A stretch of 64,000 bases of DNA from Scyliorhinus canicula (lineage: Eukaryota), in the NCBI RefSeq assembly GCF_902713615.1, contig NC_052152.1, positions 52,365,810-52,429,809 of the forward strand, given 5' to 3'. Every line of letters starts with the position of its first letter. Positions within the stretch are counted from its first letter, which is position 1. The translations under genes were made by a program, and so were the position numbers. Below, one piece after another: positions 37,125 to 48,479 of the stretch. Below the pieces are notes generated by a model. The model searched no databases. It saw only the letters and a program-made list of their open reading frames with translations, and had not been told where the DNA came from.

Positions 37125-38511
37125 CTGTGAGAAAAGAAAAACCCAAACATAAATACCTCTCAACCAAGCGACAGAACATCGAGTCAGATGAGAAACCCCC
37201 ACATTCTGGCCAACATGAAGTCAATAAATGCTTTCAAACAAGCATAAGCATAGCTTGTTATACTTTTACAGAGAGTCCTCAGATTTCCAACATGATTGGT
37301 TCCTGAGAACAGCACCTTAAGTCAAAAACGATTTTACCACAAGAACAATGTTATAAACCGGGGATTGATCCCTGAACCAAGGCCTGATACCCTATTTTCA
37401 TCAAAATATCTATTAATAATTTATAAAGTATTATAAAAATATAAATTTTAAGTAAAAATTTGGAAAGACAAAGATTCACAAAGTAAAAATGTCTTGAATG
37501 GCAACCAAGTGTTTCGAGTCATGGACCTGGCCAATGCAGAACGTCAATGCGCACAAATGAATATTTGAGCAGCCTCACTGGCGTGCGCCACAAATTGAAA
37601 CATACGACGTTTATACGAAGCAGGTGGTCAATTTATAAATGTTGCAAGTGCCATTGTCATGACTTGAACATCATAAATATGAGGACTACCTGCACTAGAT
37701 ATGGTTGCAATTCGCTGAAATCTAACTGCTTTAATCTCTGGATCATCTGGCGAATGGCAACATAGCTCTTAAGAAGCAGATGAGACGTGCATGTTAAAAG
37801 GGCATTTACTGACATGAGTGATTCCATTAATGTGATGTGCTTCATTTCACAAAGTATCACTTTCCATCATGTACTAGGTTTCAAATTTTGAACCATCTAT
37901 TTCTCTATGCAAACTTCAGGAGAGAAATGGGTGCATAATGCCACTTGTTCAACACATCAGCTATTAACCACATGGTTATCTGAAAATCCAGATGTGACTA
38001 ATTGTATTATTGATAATGGAGTAATAGACACGGTTCTTGTGTTTCACCTCAATACTCAATTTGCATGGTAGGTACAAAGGACATGTGTATATCAATGCTT
38101 ACATGTGAATAATTGTATCTTTGCTATGGTATGATTCAAAGGGCCATACTTTGAGAGCGCGTCTAACAATGTCTGCAGTTAGCCTTTCCTTGTTAATCAC
38201 AATAATATGTTGCAAAAGTTACTAAAAATGCAATCTCAAAGTCGCAATAAGAGAAAATGGGAAACCAGGACACGCGAGAACAGGACAAGCAATCTGCTCA
38301 CTCAATCAGACTGAAGGATTGTGACATTAACAGCACAAGAATTAAGAGAAACGTAATTTAGAATGGGTGAATTCAATGTTAAAATCAAGCACAGCAAAAG
38401 AGAGACAAATATCTATTTTCCGTCCCTCTTCATCGAACAAAAAATAATAATTTAAAATGTGACTTTTTAGAAAAAATATTCAGCAATTAAAACGGAAAAG
38501 AATGAGACTAG

Positions 38512-38675
38512 GTGGCGGCATTGTCACTAGACTAGTTACCCAGAGATCCAGTTTCTGGGGACCCAGGTTCAAGCCCCACTACGGCAGATGCTGGAATTTG
38601 AATTCAATAAAAATCTAAAATTAGAATTAAAAGTCTAATGATGACCATGAAATCACTGTCATAAAAACCCATCTG
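38512..38675 (+). mobile_element. SINE family B, 3'-truncated
   Basis: Head plus body up to aaaaacccatctg. Confidence 0.7.
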
Positions 38676-38714
38676 TACCTCGGCACACGGGACAACGACC
38701 AAATCCAAAGAATA

Positions 38715-39115
38715 CGACACAAATGATAAAAGCAAATTACTGCAGATGCTGGAATCTGAAGCCAGAAAGAAAATGCTGGAAAATCTCAGCAGGTCTGGCA
38801 GCATCTATGGGGAGAGAAAAGAGCTAACATGGAGTCCAGATGACCCTTTGTCAAAGCTACCATACAGAGAAAGTGGGAAATATTTATACCATGGAGTGAG
38901 AATGAAAGATGAGTCAAAGCCACAGAAACCCAGGGAAACGGGGTGCTAATAGCCACAGAAAGCAAGGTGAAAGACTGCTAAGGGCCGTCCCCAGAGAGAA
39001 CAAAAGATGTGAAAGGCCAAACTGCAGAGAAACTATCAGAAGGTAAACTGTGACAGATGTCGATGTGTGGGGAGGGGAAGGGGGAAGCAAAGGGGAGGAA
39101 GGGTAATGAAAGTTT
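38715..39115 (-). mobile_element. Penelope-like terminal fragment with disabled hammerhead motif (38821-38858)
   Basis: Homologous to 29176-29277; AGCU-UUGACAA-A-GGGUC-AUCUG-GACUC-CAUGUU-AGCUC, i.e. GAAA lost. Confidence 0.72.
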
Positions 39116-39117
39116 GA

Positions 39118-39460
39118 ACATAGAACATAGAACAGTACAGCACAGAACAGGCCCTTCGGCCCTCAATGTTGTGCCGAGCCATGATCACCCTACTCAAACC
39201 CACGTATCCACCCTATACCCGTAACCCAACAACCCCCCCCTTAACCTTACTTTTATTAGGACACTACGGGCAATTTAGCATGGCCAATCCACCTAACCCG
39301 CACATCTTTGGACTGTGGGAGGAAACCGGAGCACCCGGAGGAAACCCACGCACACAGGGGGAGGACGTGCAGACTCCACACAGTGACCCAGCCGGGAATC
39401 GAACCTGGGACCCTGGAGCTGTGAAGCATTTATGCTAACCACCATGCTACCCTGCTGCCC
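39118..39460 (-). mobile_element. HE1-type V-SINE, subfamily with (ctatgtt)n CR1 tail
   Basis: aacatagaacatagaacagtacagcacagaacaggcccttcggccc tail, intact V-domain and head. Confidence 0.92.
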
Positions 39461-39768
39461 CGCAGTTGTTGTTGTTGAATTAAAGTTGAATTCAACACAA
39501 ATGAAATAGCTTCAAATAATTGAATATATTTGAATGATAAATCAGACACAGCAAAATAAGTCTAAGAGCAGAGAACATTTCAGACAGAAATTTTGAATTT
39601 CTACAATTAACTGCTCATTGTGTGCGCTTGAAGTTGCATAGCATTTCAGGAGTACCCAAAATTTCCCACCACCCACAGAACATCCAAGATGAAGTTTTCA
39701 TTTAAAAGCATTATGGTCAGTTCTTAAAGGTTGTGCCTTGGAACATAAAGCATGTCAATTTCCCTCCT

Positions 39769-39987
39769 TTTTAAAATAAATTTACCGTATCCAATTATGT
39801 TTTTTCGAATTAAGGGGCAATTTGGCATGGCCAATCCACCTAGCCTGCACATCTTTGGGTTGTGGGGCAAGACCCACACAGACATGGGGAGAATGTGCAA
39901 CCTCTGCACGGACAGTGACTCAGGATCGAACTCGGGTCCTCAGCGCCGTGAGGCAACAGTGCTACCCACTGCACCACCGTGCCGTCC
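39769..39987 (-). mobile_element. Short V-SINE with imperfect ~16-bp TSD
   Basis: tgtc-aatttccctcct (39753-39768) / tgtccaacttccctcct (39988-40004). Confidence 0.85.
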
Positions 39988-40349
39988 TGTCCAACTTCCC
40001 TCCTAGTCTTTAATATTCTTCAAAACTAAAACAACTGCTTCCTAAATTGCCCACTGTATAAAAGATCCTTTGGGTAGTGATGTTGTGCAATAATTTTGTA
40101 ACTATCAACAGAACATCCCTGATTTTAATTTAATGTAATGGCAAGAGAGCTGATATGCAAGTGGAACCCACTGACAACTTGTGGGGTGGGGAGGAAGGAT
40201 GAACATTGATAACTGGTGCATCATGGCAATCCCGTATGCAAGTAACACTACATTTTTCATATAACGATTAATCGTTTGTACATACACACCACAATCATAA
40301 AACAAATAATGGTCTGTATTAGCGGGGTCATTGTTCTCCCTATTTTCTT

Positions 40350-40589
40350 TCAATTTAAAAAAAAATAAAAGTGCCCGGTAAGTACCCAGTTCATTTGTTT
40401 CCAATAAAGGGGCAATTGTAGCGTGGCAAATTCACCTAACCTGCATATCTTTGGGTTGGGGATGGGGGGGTCAAAACCCACGCAAACACAGGCAGAATGT
40501 GCAAACTCCACATGGACAGTGACCCAGAGCTGGGATCGATCCTGGGACCTCGGCGCCGTGAAGCAACAATGCTAACCACTGTGCTGCCC
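40350..40589 (-). mobile_element. Short V-SINE with ~12-bp TSD
   Basis: ccctattttctt (40338-40349) / ccctatttcctt (40590-40601). Confidence 0.85.
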
Positions 40590-42351
40590 CCCTATTTCCT
40601 TAAACGATCACCACAGGGATTAAGCTTTGCCTTGCTCAAACAGGATTCGCGGCCAGTCTTGCAGGCACTTCAGAGTTATTTTTTTATGCTGCTAACATAC
40701 AGCTGGTGAGCCTTGGAAGTTTGTCCTCAGGATCTCTCTCATGGATGAATTTAAACCATACCAGCAGAAAAGTGAGCTGACCTATTAGTCCCGAGAAATT
40801 CAATCCAGCGTGACTAACTAAAGTGTCCGGCCAAATACGAACCAGCCAGCAGGAGCGAAGGAAAATGAAAACCCATCAGTCTTCGAGGGATCAGACATGA
40901 CAAATTTCTATTGTACCTACCTCACATGGTCCATCTAATAGAATGATTCAAATTATCCACCATTTCCAAACTTTTCTTTAAAACCAAAGGGCCACAAAGT
41001 GATAACATATCTGCAGAAGTTATTATCTGCGTTCTTCCAAGAAATGCCCAAAGGCCTTCTGTACGAACAAGCTTTGCTGATGTTCCGTAGGTGAAAGATA
41101 GTATTTTGAAACCAGTGGCATCAAACCAGGAGAATCTAATCAAGCACAAGTCCTGCCCTTCCCCATGATAAACTGAAGGACATGTCTATGGCTTAAGCAC
41201 GAGTCACTTCAACGATGAAGTCAGCTCTTAAAAAATGAAAATAAGTGAGGGAACCTAAAAGCTTGTAACTTAATCCAAAACATTTAATCATTCTGCAAAA
41301 TTGAAATGATTTATGATCAGAACTATCCTGGATTGTAACTCACCCTTTGTTTCTTTATGCTTGGTACATGACCCCACAGCGGATTAATAATAGGAGCACC
41401 TTCACTTTCTACTCTGCAAGTAAATGGACAATGACAATTGCACCAAAAATATATGCCATGTGCACAGAAGGATGCTGTGATGCACCAATGTAGCAACATT
41501 TGTGTCCCGTGGTCCCTTTCACCCTCTATCAGATTATCAGTATGATTCCTTAGAGAATCCGGAGCAGAAGATTGTACAAAAAAATTTACATGAATGTTCT
41601 GTAAATTGATACGAAATTTTGTAGCGTAACATGCGGACTACGTTTGCAAATGACAGTCACAGCCTCGGCTTACAAGTGTTGAGTGCACAAAAGGTCAGAA
41701 TTATATATGTGCATGCTTTAGGGGGAATTGCAATGATGCATTTACATTAATTTGGTTGGTTTCCAGCATCATCTGATCCATGAACCATTCGACATGAAGT
41801 ACTGTGTTGCCATTAGCTTGCAGTCAGGTCTGATGCAGCCATCCGTACAGTCCCCACCTTCCAGGAACCCAAATTCCACAGCTGAAAACTTGCAGAGCCT
41901 GAATGGTGTACAATATTTGTCATTACCATAGTAACCCATTTGCAAATTTCTCTGGACTGCTGAGAGCTCTAATAAAGACTAACCTGTCAGAAACAGGGAC
42001 AACAAAAATAAAAAGCTTTTTGAAAGTGGGAAATATATTTCAAAATAAAATGTAAGCATCAATTGAATGAATTAAATTGGTTCTTTTGGGGAAAACTTGG
42101 GCAGCGTAGTGCAGTGGCATTCAGCAATTCTATAGTACTGCACAGATCACAACTGGAAATTCATGTATTAATGAATTAATGTATTGTAAGGTTGGATTCA
42201 GTTTGGAAAAATATTTGGCATAATTGATCTCATCCTTCCTGAAACAGATTCTTCTACTACATATCCTCCAATGATGCAGGTGGGGACATTCTGCTGTCAG
42301 AACTAAAACCATCATGTCAGTATTCTTCAGCCTGCTCCCTTCCCTGTAGAT

Positions 42352-42729
42352 CAGGGGTGGGCAAACTTTTCCGTGCAAGGGCCGCATTCAGAAATTCACA
42401 ATTCACAAAGGGCCGCATAGTATATTAAGTAAAATAATTACTTCACCCGGTTATGATTCTGGGCGCCTCATATAGAACATAGAACAGTACAGCACAGAAC
42501 AGGCCCTTCGGCCCTCGATGTTGTGCCAAGCAATGATCACCCTACTCAAGTCAACGTATCCACCCTATGCCAGTAAGTAACCCAACAGCCCCCCCACCCA
42601 TTAACCTTTAAAAAAAAAATTAAAAAAAAAAAAATTTTTTTTTTTTTTTTTTAAAAATGACTTGGTGGGCCGCAGAAATACCTTTGGCGGGCCGCATGCG
42701 GCCCGCGGGCCGTAGTTTGCCCACCCCTG
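42352..42729. mobile_element. hAT (Charlie-type) MITE carrying a SINE tail fragment
   Basis: Perfect 16-bp TIR CAGGGGTGGGCAAACT; perfect 8-bp TSD CTGTAGAT (42344-42351, 42730-42737). Confidence 0.95.
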
Positions 42730-42804
42730 CTGTAGATGGTGGACACAATGCTACATTCACACAGGATGGGCTAAAATCGCCACAATACCTGCAGAATCTG
42801 AGCT

Positions 42805-43144
42805 AGCACGGTAGCATGGTGGTTAGCACAATTGCTTCACAGCTCCAGGGTCCCAGGTTCAATTCCCGGCTTGGTTCACTGTCTGTGCGGAGTTTGTACG
42901 TTCTCCCCGTGTGTGCGTGGGTTTCCTCCGGGTGCTCCGGTTTCCTCCCAGTCCAAAGATGTGCAAGTTAGGTGGATTGGCCATGCTAAATTGCCCTTAG
43001 TGTCCAAATTTGCCCCGAGTGTTGGGTGGGGTTACTGGGAAATGGAGGTAGGGTGGAGATGTGGGTTTGGGTAGGGTGTTCTTTCAAAGAGCCGATGCAG
43101 ACTTGATGGACCGAATGGCCTCCTTCTGCACTGCAAATTCTATG
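42805..43144 (+). mobile_element. HE1-type V-SINE, near full length
   Basis: Head, V-domain, CR1 tail ...ctgcaaattctatg. Confidence 0.92.
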
Positions 43145-43496
43145 TCTAAAAGTCTATAAGCTTCTATTTTGAATGTCAACAAATAGCAGTTCTTTTGAAC
43201 CAGCTCCTTTCTTCAGAGTTTCCACAGCCATGTCCAAGCTGGTAGCCTCAGTGGGAGAGGCAGGCAGAGGCAACCAGCAGTGCCTCCATAGTACATAGAG
43301 GCGTTTTCACTCTGCAACACTAAAAAACACACCACCATCGGATGGTTTGCGGCTCTTTCGCTCATATCCCAGTGGATTAAAATAGGGGCATAGCCCAATA
43401 ACACCATTAAAATGGTCGGCCACAAATGGTATGGGTTGAAAGAATCCGTTCCTCCATTTCTTATCCACTTCTGTTAAGTGCAATGAATCAAAACAC

Positions 43497-43816
43497 CAGG
43501 CAGAATTTCCCCATTCTAGGAGAGGTAGTTAGAGAGGCAAAACTGGGAGCAAAACTTTAGTGACTGAGAAGAGGCATTGATGCCCCTCTGGTCTGCTGCT
43601 AGGATCCACCTCCAGTTAAATGCCATGTTCTAGCCCGAGTCTATCATCAGGAACATGCCCACGGCACCATCACCGTTCAGGTATTCTGATCCCTAAATTA
43701 GCCGAATTGGCTACCCTCCACTGCCAGTTTTTGCCATGTTAACCCGACGTATTTTACAACTTTAATCCTAGTCCTGCCTCCTAAACCACCCTCCCGGAAC
43801 CGGGAAATTCTGCCTG
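43497..43816. mobile_element. 320-bp MITE, Harbinger-like
   Basis: Perfect 15-bp inverted ends caggcagaatttccc / gggaaattctgcctg. Confidence 0.65.
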
Positions 43817-44002
43817 CGCTTCGACTCATTGCAGTGAACACAATACAGACAGGAGGGGTCTGTATTATGCTCCTATTTTAATCAACTCCCAACATGCAAA
43901 GGGGATTACAAATCAAGACTATGGTGACTAGAGTTGACGTTAAATCTTTCAGTAACTGAGCTAGCACTATACAAGTAATTGTTGGGGAGGGGGGGTTGCA
44001 AG

Positions 44003-44528
44003 AGGCGGTGGTGCAGTGGTATTGTCACTGGACTAGTAAACCAGATACCCAGAATAATGCTCTGGTGACCCAGGTTAAAATCTCGCCATTATGTAAAATA
44101 TGTATGCCGGCTAAAGGGGGGAGGCCACAGTTAGTATTACGAAGATGCTGACCTGTAAATATATATGTTAATTTTTGCGTGTTCTTTTTTTTATTTTATT
44201 TTTTAATTTATTTGTTTGTTTATTTTTTTTTCTCTTCTCTCTCTCTAACAATTTGTGATTTGTTCAATATAAAACATGAAAACTGAATAAAAAACATTTA
44301 TAAAAAAAAAAAATCTCGCCATTGCAGATGGCGAAATTTGAATTAAATAAAAATCGAATGATGACCACAAAACCATTGTCGATTGTCACAAAAACCCATC
44401 TGATTCAGTAATGTCCTTTAGACAAGGAAATCTGCTGCCTTACTTGGTCTGGCCTATATGCAACTCCAGATCCACAGCAACGCGGTTGGCTCTTAACTGC
44501 CCATCAAGGGCAATTAGGGATGGGCATT
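44003..44528 (+). mobile_element. SINE family B interrupted by a poly(A) retro-insert
   Basis: Collinear with the 29151 copy once 44091-44309 is removed. Confidence 0.85.
44091..44309 (+). mobile_element. 5'-truncated polyadenylated retro-insert (L1-type 3'UTR or mRNA 3' end)
   Basis: AATAAA and A tail; 14-bp TSD aaaatctcgccatt (44077-44090, 44310-44323); target TT/AAAA. Confidence 0.85.
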
Positions 44529-45101
44529 CCCAATTTTCTTTTGGTGGGTGTCTCATTTGCCTGCACAATCCGGCAGGTTAACATTGGATCAGGGTCTGAG
44601 TCTCTGTTTTTAAACTCACCGTTCCGATGGACGAGTAGGGTCAAAATTCACTCCATGGTCTCTGACCATGCATACCTTCATTACTTAAATGAAATGCAAT
44701 TCCAACACTGAGACACAGAAACATCTGGTGTAAACATGGAGTGGTGGAATACTTCCAAAACGTTAGCTGATATGGACTTGAGAGTCATTTTATTCCCATG
44801 TCTGCACCTACCCAGTGTTCCCATCAAATTCCCATATTCAAGGCAGCATTTACACAGTGAGTGGGGTGACTAGTAACAAGAGTTTTTTCTTTTAAAATCA
44901 ATGGTTTAACTGAAGCTGTTGAGCAACCGCAAAGAGTCAGTACCTCGCTGAAGGAGTTAAATTAGATTTTTGGTGATCAGCAATAAAAATGGAATCCTTT
45001 CCCCCTGGTTTTGCGCCTCAGTGTTCAATGCTTGTCTTACAAAATTGACTACGAAAATTGGACTGTCAAAAGGTAAGGAGCAGAATTTACATTTTTGATA
45101 T

Positions 45102-46012
45102 AGGGTGTGATCTAACAGCCTTGCCCCACCCGACTCGGGGCGCAATGAGGCCGGTAAATCTCACGAGAGGCCTCTTGCGCGATTTACGATGTTAGTTACA
45201 CCTTGAGAGATCTCATGGACTCGCACAAGGTGATGGGACCCGAATTACACCCATTGAGGGCGGATCCATATTTGCATATTTAAGTGAGTTGTTAGTCTCA
45301 CCCATGCCTGAGAGATTCAGGCCGGGTGCTGTCCAGCACTGGTTTCTACAAAAGTGGACCAAGCATATCAGCACTTGGGGAAGGGGGGGGGCATCTCCCA
45401 AGGCGATAAGAGGCCCCTGGGGGTCGGCTTTGAGCAGGATGGTAACCTAGCACCCCCAATGCCATCCAAGCACTGTGGGCACTGCCAGCGTTCCCTGGTA
45501 AGCCTTACCTATTTGGTAAGTTGGGACTGCCAGGGGTCCAGAGATCAGGGCCTCATTTACTTTTTAAAAAATTTAAATTACCCAATTCTCTCCCCCCCCC
45601 CCCCCCCCCCCCAATTAAGGGGAAATTGAACATGGTCAATCCACCTACCCCACACATCTTTGAGTTGTGGGGGTGAGACCCACGCAGATTCGGGGAGAAT
45701 GTGCAAACTCCACGTGAACAGTAAATGCGGGTCCTCAGTGACGTGAGGCACCAGTGCTAACCACTGCACAACGATGCCACCCTGGGGTGTCATTTACAAA
45801 TGGCACCCCGATCTCTTCCTGCACTGGTGAGAGGAGCTCATTAATGCAGGAAATGAGTTGAATTGCGGCCTCAGCGGGATATTCCTCAGCGAGGTTCGGA
45901 AATGAAGCAGAGACCCGTTGAATAGCGTGGTTGCTCTTGGAACTGCAAGCACCAGGAAACACCCCACTAAACACGGCCAAAATGGGACTGTTTCATTTCC
46001 ATCAAATTGCAT
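45102..46012. mobile_element. Harbinger-like non-autonomous element interrupted by a V-SINE
   Basis: Degenerate termini gggtgtgatctaa / tcaaattgcatcc; interior related in inverse orientation to 53120-54699. Confidence 0.5.
45561..45785 (-). mobile_element. Short V-SINE
   Basis: V-domain plus head; tcatttac duplicated on both flanks. Confidence 0.82.
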
Positions 46013-47589
46013 CCAAAAAGTGTGCCACACGCACACAAGAATCTAACGCTATCCGTGAGTTTTATATTAACGAGTCAAAAAAATTCAGACACATTAATAT
46101 TAAAGTCAAGAGTCATAATACTAGTATCAAGTGCCAATTCCACAGCACTAAAATTATTAGAATTAATTCAGGAGCTACTGCATGGTTCAACAATACAGTA
46201 CTTTAAAGAATGCCTCTGGCAATTCGCACTCAAGTATTTTTTGCTCTCCCCAAGTATATGATGCTATTGAAACTGGAATCATGTTGCTGTTTCCATATCT
46301 TGCATAGATCAGACTACATTACTCACACACTTGCATGCCATTACATGAAAACAGAGGACTCCGACATCTGCCCAAATAGGGTGAAAGCTATTAATCATAT
46401 CTTCATTTAACTTTATTTCCTGAAGCATCAGTGTAATTTTGTACAAGTGAGCAGCTGGAATTGAAGATTCAGGAACAATTGCTGGCACTGAATCATCCAG
46501 ATAAAGGATATAATCACCATTTCTTCCAAATCAAGGAACTCATCAAGCAGCCTCCACATACTCCTATTTTAATTCCAAGAGCTGTTAATGGCTTGCTTCC
46601 AAGTGTTTCCGCAATTATTTTTGGTCTAGGTATCATCCCTGTTTTCTCTTCTTTCCCCCCCCCCCCCCCCCCCCCCCCCCCACCCTCCGCGCAAACAATC
46701 TCCCTTGAAGGTGCTTTCATTTTCCACCATAGCTGTTCAATGTGGCTCTGGCCCTCTTTGTGGGGTCTCGAGTCAAGTTTCAGTGCTGCTCCCTCTTTAT
46801 ATTGCACTTCTCCAAAGTATTTTGAGGAAAGCCATTAGATATATATTACTTCATCTATTCAGGGAGATCCAAAAATCATCCCCTACACTTAACAACATCC
46901 AAACGTTACTTAACTGGCACCACAGTTTTTACCTTCTTTAGTCTCTGCATGTTTATCACTAATGAAGAATTCAATGTCATAAAAGTACCAGTGTTGCCCG
47001 ATTTATGCCCTCTGTTTAAGTAATATTTCCCACCCTTTGGAATCTTCTACATCTCTAAAGATTACCTTTCAAACCTTCTACCCTGACTGAAAAACCTCTG
47101 GTTTTCTTCATACCGACAATATTGGCGGTTAAGCAAGAGGCCCTTTTCCAAAATGCCTCCAGCAACAGGAAGTCTTGCTCATTTCTTTGTGACCAGAACT
47201 GGATGTAGTATTGATTAGGTGTAGCCTAGTGTCCCACCTAGCTGCATTGCCTTTACTCAGTGCGATATACAACAGAAAGATGGGAATGGGATGGAATTTT
47301 CTTTTACGTTTCACTTTAAGAGGTTAACAACTGATGAACATATATGTCCTTGGCACTCCAACACTAAACTTTGAGGAAGTTTGAGCAATCTGAAAGATTG
47401 ATCCAAGTACACATGGTGTGCAATTGAAAATAAAATGGCACTGAAGGCATATTTAGAGAAAATAGGGAAATTAAACCAATGAGGAGGACTGGTGTAATTA
47501 TGAACAACGGTTGCAGATATGGCAGAAAGGGAATTAAACAGGAGACGAAGACGAAGTAAATGTTTTTCTCACCAGATCCTTTTGAGGTA

Positions 47590-47863
47590 CTGGTTGAATA
47601 TCCTTTATCCATATATCTGAAAACTGATCATAATCAAAAACGGAATGTTCTTTTGTTAAGAACTGTAATATTATATTACAGTTGTAATAAGTGTTAACAT
47701 GTAAGAAGTAGGGAAATTGACAGATGGAGAAACAACCTAGTTGTGGACGATTATTGTAATGCATGTAGGTCCACCATGTGTATGGCAGATCTGAAAACAG
47801 AAAATATCTGAATACCAAAACGTAATCGGCCCCAAGGGTTTCAGATAAAGGATACTCGGCCTG
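47590..47863. mobile_element. Tc1/mariner pogo-type (Tigger/MER46-like) MITE
   Basis: TA flanks (47588-89, 47864-65); TIRs CTGGTTGAATATCCTTTATC vs CAGGCCGAGTATCCTTTATC (16 of 20 match). Confidence 0.72.
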
Positions 47864-47926
47864 TAGTGTCGAACCAATGCTGCCCGTGAAAGCCCAGTAC
47901 TATGAAATAAATGCACAAAATAATCA

Positions 47927-48390
47927 GGGCGGCACAGTAGCTAGCACCGCTGCTTCACAGTGCTAGGGACCCGGGTTCAATTCCAGCCTTGGGTGACTGT
48001 CCATTATGAGTTTGCACATTCTCCCCGTGTCTTAGTGGGTTTCCTTCGGGTGCTCCTGTCTCCTCCCACAGTCCAAAGATGTGCAGGTTAGGTGGATTTG
48101 CCATCCTAAATTGCCCCATAGTGCTCAAAAAAGATACATAGGTTAGGTCAAGGGGTAATTGGGATAGGGTGGGTGCAATACTCTTTCAGTGGGTCAGTGC
48201 AGAATTGATGGGCCAAATGGCCTCCTTTTGCACTATAGGGATTCTATGAATTGCTCATATCCTAGCCATGATCAATGGGCACGGTTTGGGATAAGTGCAG
48301 GGAATGGGTCTGGGTAGAGTGCTCTTTCGGAGGGTTGGTGCAGACTCAATGGGCCGAATGGCCTCCTTTTGCGCTGCTCGGATTCTATGA
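47927..48390 (+). mobile_element. HE1-type V-SINE followed by a second copy of the tail
   Basis: Full element to ~48248; extra CR1-type tail at 48276-48390. Confidence 0.85.
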
Positions 48391-48479
48391 CATGGCCGAA
48401 AATAAAATTGCACTGAGATTTATATGTTCTTTCAAGGAAAGCAGTTGCCAAATGCGACTGTTGCAGATTACATTCTCAA

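Noticed and set aside
40921-41226. 306-nt exon-like segment with strong acceptor and donor on the gene strand
   Set aside because: Stops in all three frames near its start. It could only be a non-coding exon, which cannot be supported without RNA data.
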